A stretch of 64,000 bases of DNA from Malacoraja senta. Taxonomy: Eukaryota. The notes beneath the pieces are model-generated. The model was not told the origin of the DNA, searched no databases, and saw nothing but the letters and a program-made list of their open reading frames with translations. Positions 11,397 to 22,444 of this stretch are shown here, in pieces; the first letter of the stretch is position 1, and each line of letters starts with the position of its first letter. The stretch lies in assembly GCA_038087875.1 (NCBI GenBank), contig CM075988.1:372001-436000 (forward strand), given 5' to 3'. A program made the translations under genes and the position numbers.

Positions 11397-13113
11397 AACA
11401 TAGAAACATAGAAATTAGGTGCAGGAGTAGGCCATTCGGCCCTTCGAGCCTGCACCGCCATTCAATATGATCATGGCTGATCATCCAACTCAGTATCCCG
11501 TACCCTGCCTTCTCTCCATACCCTCTGATCCCTTTAGCCACAAGGGCCACATCTAGCTCCCTCTTAAATATAGCCAATGAACTGGCCTCGACTACCCTCT
11601 GTGGCAGAGAGTTCCAGAGATTCACCACTCTCTGTGTGAAAAAAGTTCTTCTCATCTCGGTTTTAAAGGATTTCCCCCTTATCCTTAAGCTGTGACCCCT
11701 TGTCCTGGACTTCCCCAACATCGGGAGCAATCTTCCTGCATCTAGCCTGTCCAACCCCTTAAGAATTTTGTAAGTTTCTATAAGATCCCCTCTCAATCTC
11801 CTAAATTCTAGAGAGTATAAACCAAGTCTATCCAGTCTTTCTTCATAAGACAGTCCTGACATCCCAGGAATCAGTCTGGTGAACCTTCTCTGCACTCCCT
11901 CTATGGCAATAATGTCCTTCCTCAGATTTGGAGACCAAAACTGTACGCAATACTCCAGGTGTGGTCTCACCAAGACCCTGTACAACTGCAGTAGAACCTC
12001 CCTGCTCCTATACTCAAATCCTTTTGCTATGAAAGCTAACATACCATTCGCTTTCTTCACTGCCTGCTGCACCTGCATGCCTACTTTCAATGACTGGTGT
12101 ACCATGACACCCAGGTCTCGCTGCATCTCCCCTTTTCCTAGTCGGCCACCATTTAGAAAATAGTCTGCTTTCCTGTTTTTGCCACCAAAATGGATAACCT
12201 CACATTTATCCACATTATACTGCATCTGCCAAACATTTGCCCACTCACCCAGCCTATCCAAGTCACCTTGCAGTCTCCTAGCATCCTCCTCACAGCTAAC
12301 ACTGCCCCCCAGCTTAGTGTCATCCGCAAACTTGGAGATATTGCCTTCAATTCCCTCATCCAGGTCATTAATATATATTGTAAATAGCTGGGGTCCCAGC
12401 ACTGAGCCTTGCGGTACCCCACTAGTCACTGCCTGCCATTGTGAAAAGGACCCGTTTACTCCTACTCTTTGCTTCCTGTTTGCCAGCCAGTTCTCTATCC
12501 ACATCAATACTGAACCCCCAATGCCATGTGCTTTAAGTTTGTATACTAATCTCTTATGTGGGACCTTGTCGAAAGCCTTCTGGAAGTCCAGATACACCAC
12601 ATCCACTGGTTCTCCCCTATCCACGCTACTAGTTACATCCTCGAAAAATTCTATAAGATTCGTCAGACATGATTTACCTTTCGTAAATCCATGCTGACTT
12701 TGTCCAATGATTTCACCACTTTCCAAATGTGCTGCTATCCCATCTTTAATAACTGACTCTAGCAGTTTCCCCACTACCGATGTTAGACTAACTGGTCTGT
12801 AATTCCCCGTTTTCTCTCTCCCTCCCTTCTTAAAAAGTGGGGTTATGTTTGCTACCCGCCAATCCTCAGGAACTACTCCAGAATCTAAAGAATTTTGAAA
12901 GATTATTACTAATGCATCCACTATTTCTGCAGCTACTTCCTTAAGTACTCTGGGATGCAGCCTATCTGGCCCTGGGGATTTATCGGCCTTTAATCCATTC
13001 AATTTACCCAAAACCACTTCCCGACTAACCTGGATTTCACTCAATTCCTCCAACTCCTTTGACCCGCGGTCCCCCTGCTATTTCCGGCAGATTATTTATG
13101 TCTTCCTTAGTGA
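11395..13113 (-). mobile_element. Young 5'-truncated CR1 LINE with open RT domain
   Basis: ORF 10438-13053: [41 protein letters not shown]; (CTATGTTT) tail. Confidence 0.95.
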
Positions 13114-13683
13114 GTGAAGTGGGTGAGAGAGGGGTAGAGGGGGAGAGAGGGGAAAAGGGGAGAGAGATGGGGAGAGAGGGGGAAGGAGAGAGAGAGGGGA
13201 AGGAGAGAGAGAGGGGCAGAGAGAGGGGGGAGAGGGTGAGAGAGGGGAAAAGGGGAGAGAGATGGGGGAGAGGGGAAGGAGAGAGAGGGGGAGAGAGGGG
13301 GAGAGAGGGGTGAGAGAGGGGAAAATGTGAGTGAGATGGGGAGAGAGGGGGAAGGAGAGAGAGAAGGGGAGAGAGAGGGGGGGATGGGAGTGGGAGGGGA
13401 GAGAGAAGGGGAGATAAAAAGAGAGAGAGGGGGTAGGGAGTGGGAAGGAGAGCGAGAGAGAGAGAGGGAGGGAGTGGGGGAGAGAGGGTGAGAGATGGTG
13501 AGAGAGGGGGAGAGAGAGACAGTGGGGGAGAGACAGAAGGGGAAGAGAGAGAGGGGGAGTGAGAGAGGATGGGAGAGAGAGATAGCAAGAGAGATATAGC
13601 GAGAGAGAGGGGGAGAGAGAGAGGGTAGAGAGAGAGAGAGGGGGTGTACAGAAGAGGAGGAGGAGAGAGAGAGAGAGAGAGAT

Positions 13684-14069
13684 GCTGGAGGATTAGGGGT
13701 GATATTATAGGAGTGTATAAAATCATGAAAAAATTAGATCGGGTGCATGCACGGAGTCTCTTGCCCAGAGTAGGTGAATCAAGGACCAGTGGACATAGGT
13801 TAAGGTGAAGGGGAAAAGATTTAATAGGAATCTGAGGGGTAACATTTTCACACAAAGAGTGGTGGGTGTATGGAACAAGGTGCCACATCAGTTAGTTGAG
13901 GCTGGGACTATCCCACCGTTTAAGAAACAGTTAGAGAGGTACATGGATAGGACCAATTTGGAGGGATATGGACCAAACTCGGGAAGGTGGAACGAGTGTA
14001 GCTGGGACATATTGGCCGGTGTGAGCAGGTTGGGCCGAAGGGCCTGTTTCCACGCTGTATCACTCTATG
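13684..14069 (+). mobile_element. CR1 3' end
   Basis: Same family as 672-1088. Confidence 0.85.
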
Positions 14070-14094
14070 AGCAGTGTTTATTTGGCATAACCAC

Positions 14095-16585
14095 ATCGGA
14101 CATGTAGGATTAATTTAAAGAACAGCTGATCTGAGCTCAGGACAGGCATGTTCCAGTAAGGAGGATGGGATGCAGATGTAAGGGAACCTTAGATGACCAA
14201 AGAGGTGGTACATTTGGTCAAAAGTTTAAAGGAAGCATTTGTAAATTTGAGAAGATTGAATCAGTTGGGGTCTTTGAGGAATTTAAATTAAGCAAGAAAG
14301 AACTCACGCAGGAGATTAGAGGCACAAATGGACCAGGAAATGTTATTAGCCAGTCGGATTAAAGAAAATACCAAGGTTTTTACGCGCAGATTACCAACAA
14401 GAAGGTAATCAAAACAATATGATAATCAAATGAAGATAGTGCCACTCGTGCTCGGTGGGACTTGATGTTTGGCATCGGAGGATGTCGGCACAATATGAAA
14501 GATTTGCATCTGTACTCACCACGGAGACGGACAGTGAGATCAGTGTGGAGAAATATTAATATGCTAAGGCAATTTGAGATCAAGAAAGAGGTGGTGTTAT
14601 GGCCCTTGGAGAGCGCCAAGGTTAGATGTACCCAAGGTTATTGTGAGGCATGAGAGGAAATTTCAGGGAATTTGACGATAATCTTTGTTAGCCATGGGTG
14701 AGGTCCGGAAGGACTGGATATTAGCCAATATTGTTCCTTTGTAGAGAAGTAGAGATAATCCAGAAATGTACAGACAGTGGTTGGAAAGATATTGGGTGGA
14801 TTCTTCGGCATAGGATTTACTCGAACTTGTTGGAGAATGGACTAATTCGGACTGTCGGCACTGCTCTATCCACGGCAGGTCTTGTCTTGCAAATGTGTGA
14901 GTTTTTTTCGGGAGGTAACAAAGGCGATAGATAAGGGTACGCTGGGATCTTATTTATGTATATTTTAGTTAAAGACCCTCATTCCTTGACTCCAGAGATG
15001 CTGCCTGACCCACTGAGTTACTCCAGCCAATTGTGTCTACGTATGGTATCCAGTGTCCTTTGGAGTGAGAACGGGCCTATTTATAGAAGACAGAGTTGTG
15101 GTTGAATGCTGTTATTCTAGCTCAAGGTCCGTGACCAGTGGATCCATGCTGTGATATTGCTGTTTGTGATACATATAAATGATTTGGAAGTTAATGTAGA
15201 TGGGATGATTAGGACCTTTGCAGATGCCACTAAAATCTGGGGTGTTGTGGACCTTTCTATGGAGATGGAGATTGTCAAAATATGGAGCAGAATATAGATC
15301 AGCTGTTGAAATGGGAAGAAATGGGAAGAGAAAGAGCAGATGGTTTAATGCAAGCAAGTTGAGGAGTTTTGGGAGGTCGAATGTAAAGGGGAAGTGTGAA
15401 GTTAACGGCAAGAGCCTTAACACCATTGATATTTAATGTACAGAAAGATCTTAAGGTACAAGTTGATGGATCCCTGTAAGTGGCAAAGCAAGTTCTAAAG
15501 AAGGCATGTGGTGTGTTTGCCTTCATCGGTAGGGCCTCTGAGCAAGTTGCTACTTTACAGTCATTTGGTTAACCCACATGTGGAGTATAAAAGGCCTGTC
15601 TCACGAGTCTGCGGTCATTGGCGGTGATACTGGAAGTATCTACCGCTCGTGGACCGCCAGAGACCGCGGGTTCGGTCAAACGACCACCGCCGGGGCCGTG
15701 CGGCGTTTGTCCCAACGGTGCTAAAAAAAAGTCAGCACTGTCCAAAAATAATTTCTTACCGCCACAGCCGCCGCCAGTGAGGCACGAGTGCGGCACGGTC
15801 TCCACCACAGCCGCCGCCAGTGAGGCACGAGCGCCGTGAGTCGAACTCTCACCGCCACAGCCGATGCCATTAAGGCAGGTATGCGGCACAGCCGCCGCCA
15901 CAGCCCCGCGATCCGAAAGACGTCATCGCGTAGCGTTGCGCGATGACGTAATCACCCGACGCCGCAAGCTTGTGGAACCGGCCGTACGGAGATCACTCGG
16001 CCCCCGCGCAGCATCTGTGCGGCGCTCTCACGGTTGACGTGCGGTCCCCTCGTCCGGCGACACCGCGCTTCACCGCCAATGACCGCAACACCGTGAGACA
16101 GAGCCTTTACATGCAAATTCTGGTTGGCCCATTACAGGAAGGATGCATTGGTTCCAGAGACATTTACCAGAATGTTCCCCAGATTCCAGGCTATTGGCCT
16201 TGAGGAAAGGTTGGACAGAATTTTTTTTGAGAGAATGTCGGAGGCTGTGGAGAGACTCCATATGGGGTTATAACATCGTGAGATTAGTCAAAACCCTTTT
16301 CCCAGGGTAGAAATGTCTAATATAAATAAATTGAAGGTGAGAGGGGTAAAGTTTAAATAATGTGGTGCGCAAGTTTTATTTACACAGAGTATCGGGTGCG
16401 TAGAATTTTCTGCCAGGGGTGGCGGCTGATACATTAGTGGGATCTGTGGGGCTTTTGGGTGGACAGGTGCACATGCAATGAATGGAGAGATATGGATCAC
16501 GTGCAGATTAGTTTCACTTGGCATCACGATTGGCGAGGATATTGTGAGAGGAAGGGCCTGTTCCTGTGCAGTACTATTCTACTAT
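14095..16585 (+). mobile_element. Old fragmented CR1, interrupted by a pLTR fragment and a MITE
   Basis: Remnants of PKDWILAN, INDL and FADATK plus CR1 3'UTR. Confidence 0.7.
15590..16108. mobile_element. GC-rich MITE (non-autonomous DNA transposon)
   Basis: TIRs AAGGCCTGTCTCACG / CGTGAGACAGAGCCTT, TA-flanked, interrupting a CR1; subterminal palindromy. Confidence 0.75.
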
Positions 16586-16642
16586 GACCCTCTGAATGCC
16601 CTTTCATAAATATGCTTACAAATATGATGTTGTTCATATATT

Positions 16643-17290
16643 ACAGAAGCAGAATTTGGCCATTCAGGCCATCAAGTCTACTCCATTATTCAATCATGGC
16701 TGATCTATATTTCCCTCTCAACCCCATTCACCTGCCTTCTCTCCATAATCCATGATGCCCGTACTAATCAAGATTCTGTCCATCTCCACATTGACAACCT
16801 CCACTGCCATATGTGGCAATGAATTGCGCAGATTCACTACTGAATAAAAAAAAATCCTCCTTGTCTCCTTTCTAAAGGTACATCCTTTTATTCTGAGGCT
16901 AGGGCCTCTGGTCCTAGACTCTCCCACTAGGCAGCACAGGGATAGAGCACCAGAGACCCAGGTTCGATCCTGATTATAGGTCATGTCTGTGCAGTTTGTA
17001 TGTTCGCCCTGTGACCTGCGTGAGTTTTCTCTGGGATTTCCACTTTCCTCCCACACGCTAAAGACGTAATTGGGTTGGAATAAATGTAAATTGTCCCTAG
17101 TGTGTGGTAGGATAGTGTTAGTGGCGGGGATTGCTGATCGGCGCAGACTCAATGGGCTAAAGGGCCTGTTTCCACGCTGTATCCTTAAACTAAACTAAAA
17201 AACGAAACTAGTGGAAACATTGTCTCCACATCCACTCTATCCAGGCCTTTTCGTTAAGTTTGTTGTTTCAATGAGAACACCCCCCTCATC
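16643..17290 (-). mobile_element. CR1 3' end split by a SINE
   Basis: GESRTRGPSLRIKG...VVNLRNSLP. Confidence 0.8.
16931..17205 (+). mobile_element. HE1/V-SINE-like SINE
   Basis: B-box GGTTCGATCC 16961-16970, CR1-derived tail with (CTAAA)n, ACTAG target duplication. Confidence 0.8.
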
Positions 17291-17384
17291 CCCTCGCCCA
17301 CCACTGGTCATTTCCTTGTAAATGAACACTATAAGCAATTTTCCTATAATAATTGACGTGCACTAAAATGTTTACTCTACTAAC

Positions 17385-17658
17385 CTGCGCCATGGAGAAT
17401 TGATGGAGGGTTGTTCATTGATAAATTTTGGTGAATAACAGGCAGTTCAATGGGAGCTACAACCCGGCACCAAGGGTCCTCTCTTGGAGCTGGTCTCTGA
17501 GCACGTCCACTGGATCTGTCTCCTGCTGACTGACCCACTTCCGTCGGAATGGGGTCATGATTGCGATATCCTTCAGTGGGACGGGTCCTTGTGGACTGAC
17601 CATGTGGCCTAGCTGAGAAACTTCCCTGTTGAATAGGTTTAGCTGAACTTGCCCCCAT
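17385..17658 (-). CDS. Candidate first coding exon of the NLR (91 aa, MGASSAK...; exon 17675-17385)
   Basis: tttgtattttacag acceptor, AAAATGG Kozak context, open frame, CAG|gttagt phase-1 donor compatible with the exon at 7517; unique sequence between repeats. Confidence 0.6.
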
Positions 17659-17999
17659 TTTAGTTCATTTGCAATCTGTAAAATACAAACTAGTTTAATA
17701 TACAGCGATGCAACAGGGAGTAAAACCATAGCCGTTAACCGGTGTAACTGAGGATTAATTACTAAACTCTGACATGAGTGGCTGCGTCAATACATTCCAC
17801 AATAACATCATTCCACTTGAAGGTTACCGGGCAACAGTGAAATTGCAGTTCAAAGTGCAAATAATCTTCACAATCTCGGAGTGACGAGAAAACACAAGCC
17901 ATGGTGCAGATAAGTGAAGACATACTGTGGGTAAACCAGACGTAATAGTCACAACTTTTGGGACTAATCCCTATAGGATTACAGATTGCCAGATTCTCC

Positions 18000-19445
18000 T
18001 GAATCCATCCATCCCCCACATCTTCCCATCTCCACCCCTTTTTGCTTTCCGCAGAGACCGTTTTCTCCGCAACTCCCTGGTTAACTCATCCATTCTCACC
18101 CAAACCATCCCCTCCCCAGGTACTTTCTGCTGCAACCGCAGGAGATGCAACACCTGTCCCTATACCTCCCCTCTCAACCCTGTCCAGGGACCCCAACAGT
18201 CCCTTCAGGAGGTTCACTTGCACCTCCTCCAACATCATCTACTGTATGCACTATTTATGTGTGTACTCCAATAAATCGTCAAGACATATATATCGTCAAG
18301 ATGGCAGACTGAGCGATCATTTTTCTGAACACCTTCGCTCAGTTCCCCTTGACCTACGTGATCTCCTGGTTGCCTTTTTATGGGCCTGTCCCACTTAGGC
18401 AATTTTTTAGGCGGCTGCCAGCGACTAGGACAATGGAATTCATCAAAGTCAGCACCTGGCGACAACCTACATCACCTGGCGACAACCTACATCACCTGGC
18501 GACAACGTACATCACCTGGCGACAACGTACATCACCTGGCGACAACGTACATCACCTGGCGACAACGTACATCACCTGGCGACAACCTACATCACCTGGC
18601 GACAACCTACATCACCTGGCGACAACCTACATCACCTGGCGACAACCTACATCACCTGGCGACAACCTACATCACCTGGCGACAACCTACATCACCTGGC
18701 GACAACCTACATCACCTGGCGACAACCTACATCACCTGGCGACAACCTACATCACCTGGCGACAACCTACATCACCTGGCGACAACCTACATCACCTGGC
18801 GACAACCTACATCACCTGGCGACAACGTACATCACCTGGCGACAACCTACATCACCTGGCGACAACCTACATCACCTGGCGACAACCTACATCACCTGGC
18901 GACAACCTACGACAGCCCAATTTGTCGCAACTGTCGCAGAAAATTGTTTAACATGTTGCCTGTAGTCGCCTAAAAAACACCTAAGTGGGACAGGCCCATA
19001 ACTCCCCTTGGCATTCTCACACTGACCTTTCTGTCTTGGGCCTCTTCCACTGTTAGAGTGGGGCCTAACACAAATTGGAGGATTTTGCTTTGGCAGCTTC
19101 CAACCCAGCGGTATGAATATTGATTTCTCTAACTTCAATGAACCCTTGCATCCCCTCTTTGTGTCCCGCCCCCATCCTAGTCCTTGTACTAGTCCTGCTG
19201 AGTTTCACTGTTTGTATCACTCGTTCACATAGCCAACAATGCACCATTGTGACCTCCACCTTTCCTTGATCATCGTTGCTAGCTTTGATTTGTACTTTTG
19301 CAGATCTCTCATTCATTTGTTCTGTACTTTTTCATATCCCTCTTTTCCCTTTCCCCTGACAGTCAGTATGAAGAATCGTCACCTATTCCTTCTCTCCAGA
19401 GATGCCGCCTGCCTGTCCCGCTGAGTTACTCCAGCTTTGTGTGTC
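18000..19445 (+). mobile_element. Penelope GIY-YIG and 3' fragment interrupted by a MITE
   Basis: HIFPSPPLFAFRRDR, CNRRRCNTC, FSEHLRSV and GMNIDFSN, then pLTR. Confidence 0.85.
18381..18998. mobile_element. MITE containing about 23 tandem copies of a 20-bp unit (CACCTGGCGACAACCTACAT)
   Basis: TIRs TGGGCCTGTCCCACTTAGG / CCTAAGTGGGACAGGCCCA flanked by TA; array at 18453-18910. Confidence 0.85.
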
Positions 19446-19704
19446 TCTTCCGAGTAGAGCACTGTCCAATACGATTGGAAACATCCTGCCCTTGTCACAC
19501 GCTGCTTGAACCCCCAAAACACAGCGGGTCATCCACTGCCCCCCACACCCCCGGGACCCGTCCTTCCCCGGTCAGGCACGGTGAGTCAGATCCCTGTACT
19601 GGGTGTTACAAGGTCGTTGTATGCTCGACCACCCACCAACGAGTCCACCACATCAATGAAACACACAGGAAATGGGCCGCTTCCTCTGCCAGCTGCAGAC
19701 TCAC

Positions 19705-19850
19705 CGACCGCCCGACCGATTCTTGCTTCTTGGGCCTCCAAAATATTCCAAATGGGATTTAAACTGGATCCCGAGCCCCTGCTGCTCATGCGGTATGTTT
19801 CACATCATCCTTCAGGACGACAGCTGACGCGCTCCCCTCTCCCACAAACC
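19705..19850 (-). other. Candidate NLR exon 1 (5'UTR with upstream ATG at 19789)
   Basis: TCG|gtgagt donor at 19704, downstream of an ISRE and GC box; 5' boundary is approximate. Confidence 0.5.
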
Positions 19851-19882
19851 CGCCTCCACCTCACTCAACTACCGATCCTCCT

Positions 19883-19902
19883 GGGAAACCGAAACCGAAA
19901 GT
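19883..19902 (-). promoter_or_regulatory. ISRE / triple IRF element
   Basis: GGGAAACCGAAACCGAAAGT (minus strand ACTTTCGGTTTCGGTTTCCC) matches GAAANNGAAA twice; GC box at 19849-19857. Confidence 0.7.
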
Positions 19903-19945
19903 CAATTCCTCGGCCAGATCATCAGCGGGGCGTCAGCGGGTAAAC

Positions 19946-20261
19946 GGCGGCTGAGTGAGTGAGTGGTCACAAGGAGGGGCGGCTGAGTGAGTGAGTGGTC
20001 ACAAGGAGGGGCGGCTGAGTGAGTGAGTGGTCACAAGGAGGGGCGGTCACAAGGAGGGGCGGCTGGGTGAGTGAGTGAGTGGTCACAAGGAGGGGCGGCT
20101 GGGTGAGTGAGTGGTCACAAGGAGGGGCGGTCACAAGGAGGGGCGGTCACAAGGAGGGGCGGCTGAGTGAGTGAGTGGTCACAGGGAGGGGCGGCTGAGT
20201 GAGTGAGTGGTCACAAGGAGGGGCGGTCACAGGGAGGGGCGGCTGAGTGAGTGAGTGGTCA
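19946..20261 (+). repeat. 32/16-bp GC-box minisatellite
   Basis: Unit CGGCTGAGTGAGTGAGTGGTCACAAGGAGGGG with 16-bp half units. Confidence 0.9.
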
Positions 20262-20469
20262 CGCAGCTGCAGCCACGTCCGCCGCCCCACAAACTTCAGT
20301 CCAAAGTTCACACTTGTCGCTAAGCTGCGGCTCGACCCGGTCCCACTTGAAACTTCCCTCGCTCCCTGTAAACCCCGGCCCCGCGTCGCCTCAAGACCTT
20401 CTCTCGGCAACATGGCTACGGGGACAGATCCCTTTCCTCGCCGACATGCAGAGACAGAGAACCGCTGCG

Positions 20470-21510
20470 GGCGGCACAGCCTCACAGGTTCTCACCTCCC
20501 CACCATCGAAGGGATTTAACCAGAGTCTTTGCCTCAAAAAAGGCATAATGAGAGACACACGCCACCCTTGCCATCGGGAAGAAAGTACAGGAGCCTGACA
20601 ACTGTAAGGGCGGGGTTCAGGAACAGCTTCTCCCCTGCAGCCATCAGGCTCATGTGTCCCAGATAGGACAATGACATTCTTGCTTGTTGCAGCACAACAG
20701 GATATGTAAACATAGTACAAAACAGTTCAGTGTGTCTATATAGCATAGACCATATATATACACATAAATAAACAGATAACGTGCTGTTATAGTTCCGAGT
20801 TTGTTTGATGGCAAGTTTAATAGCCTGATGGCTGTGGGGAAGCAGCTGTTCCTGAACCTGGTTGTTCCAGATTTCAGGCTCCTGTACCTTCTTCCCGATG
20901 GCAACGGAGAGATGAGTGTGGCCAGGATGCTGTGGCTCTTTGATGATGTTGGCAGCCTTTTTGAGGCAGCGACTGCAATAGATCCCTTCGATGGTGGGGA
21001 GGTCAGAGCCGATGATGGACTGGGCAGTGGTCACAACTTTCTGCATTCTTTTCCGCTCCTGGACGTTCAAGTTGCCGAACCAAACCATGATGCAACCGGT
21101 CAGCATGCTCTCTGCTGTGCACCTGTAGAAGTTCGAGAGAGTCCTCCTTGACATACCGACGCTCCGTAATTTTCTCAGGAAGTAGAGGCGCTGATGGGCT
21201 TCCTTTATGATTGCATCATTGTGCTGGGACCAGGAAAGATCTTTGGAAATATGCACGCCCAGGGATTTAAAGTTCTTGACCCTTTCTACCTCCGTCCCGT
21301 TGATGTAAACGGGATTGTGGGTCCCTATCCTACCCCTTCCAAAGTCCACAATCAGTTCCTTGGTTTTGCTGGTGTTGAGAGCCAGGTTGTTGTGCTGGCA
21401 CCATTTGGTCAATCGGTCGATCTCACTTCTCTACTCCGACTCGTCAACATCAGTGATTCGTCCCACAACAGTGGTGTCGTCGGTAAACTTGATTATGGAG
21501 TTCGCAATAT
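20470..21510 (-). mobile_element. Rex1/Babar LINE 3' half (minus, 20650-21510) with inverted plus-strand fragment at 20470-20650
   Basis: WCQHNNLALNTSKTKELIVDF, QRLYFLRKLR, FYRCTAESMLTGCI and LPSGRRYRS. Confidence 0.88.
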
Positions 21511-21629
21511 GTCCGATAAGTTCTGAACTACATGGACTTTTATTATTTTTACAGCACTATTATTGTTGTTTATGTGTATGTATGTGAGCCTGTATGTGTA
21601 TGTGTATATCTACACACCTAACCTTTTTT

Positions 21630-21934
21630 TCTTAACAACCCTTAACAACTTCTCCTTCTACTCCTCCCACTTCCTCCAGATCCAAGGCTTAGCAATGGGC
21701 ACCCGCATGGGCCCCAGCTATGCCTGCCTCTTTGTAGGGTAGGTTGAACAATCCCTGTTCCAGGCTTACACTGGCCCTATCCCCAAACTCTACCTCCGCT
21801 ACATTGACGACTGCATCGGTGCTACCTCCTGCACACATGCAGAACTCACTGACTTCATCAACTTCATGACTAATTTCCATCCTGCACTCAAATTCACTTG
21901 GACCATCTCCGACATCTTCCTACCGTTTCTCGAT
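21630..21934 (+). mobile_element. Penelope RT core fragment
   Basis: Translates [16 protein letters not shown]...YLRYIDDC...KFTW...LPFLD. Confidence 0.88.
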
Positions 21935-22125
21935 TGTAATGTAAATGCCTCGTGACTGAGGTCAAGTGACCTTCTAGAAGTTTCTGTTAGTTTTTGGAAA
22001 TAAACTCTTCTTGCAAGATGTGTATTCATTGTGCTAGTCACAACAGGGTTATACACAGACATTACATGGTGTTAGAAGTGAGGATGGAGGGACTCAAGCC
22101 ACCGGGACCAATCTCCATGCAAGAA
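21935..22125 (+). mobile_element. Gypsy-type 5' LTR (132 bp), tRNA-Leu PBS and gag start
   Basis: TGTAATGT...ACATTACA termini with internal AATAAA; PBS TGGTGTTAGAAGTGAGGAT 22067-22085; MEGLKPPGPISMQ. Confidence 0.75.
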
Positions 22126-22444
22126 GAAGAAAAATGAGCGACTGCGGGCCGAAAAAGAAGAAGAAAGCTCGGAGCGATCCGAGGACGGATAAACCAGTCC
22201 CAATGCTCGGTCAAAGGAAAGCAGGTGGGTGGAGGCAGTACCGTCCAAAGATTTAGGTGCAGGGATTTAGTTTCTGATCTTCTTCCTTGTGTCCGGCCAT
22301 CTTCTATATCACGTCTTTCCGGTCGGTCAGTGACGGTTGACGGTCGGTGGTTGCAGAATTGGCTACTTCAGTCAGTCACTGTGGTACAGTTTCTGTCGTC
22401 AGCATTGCCTGGGATGCGCCACGTGGAGGCTTCTGCTTGCATCC

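Noticed and set aside
10438..13053. 871-aa RT fused to a Leu/Ser/Pro tail
   Set aside because: An extra base near 11503 bypasses the normal CR1 stop (AGTGY*) and reads into a CT-rich tract; not a real fusion
16955..16975. tRNA gene
   Set aside because: The B-box belongs to a SINE head; no cloverleaf
18453..18910. CRISPR-like array or 200-aa repetitive ORFs
   Set aside because: Head-to-tail 20-bp units without spacers inside a MITE, in eukaryotic DNA; the ORFs arise only because the unit lacks stops
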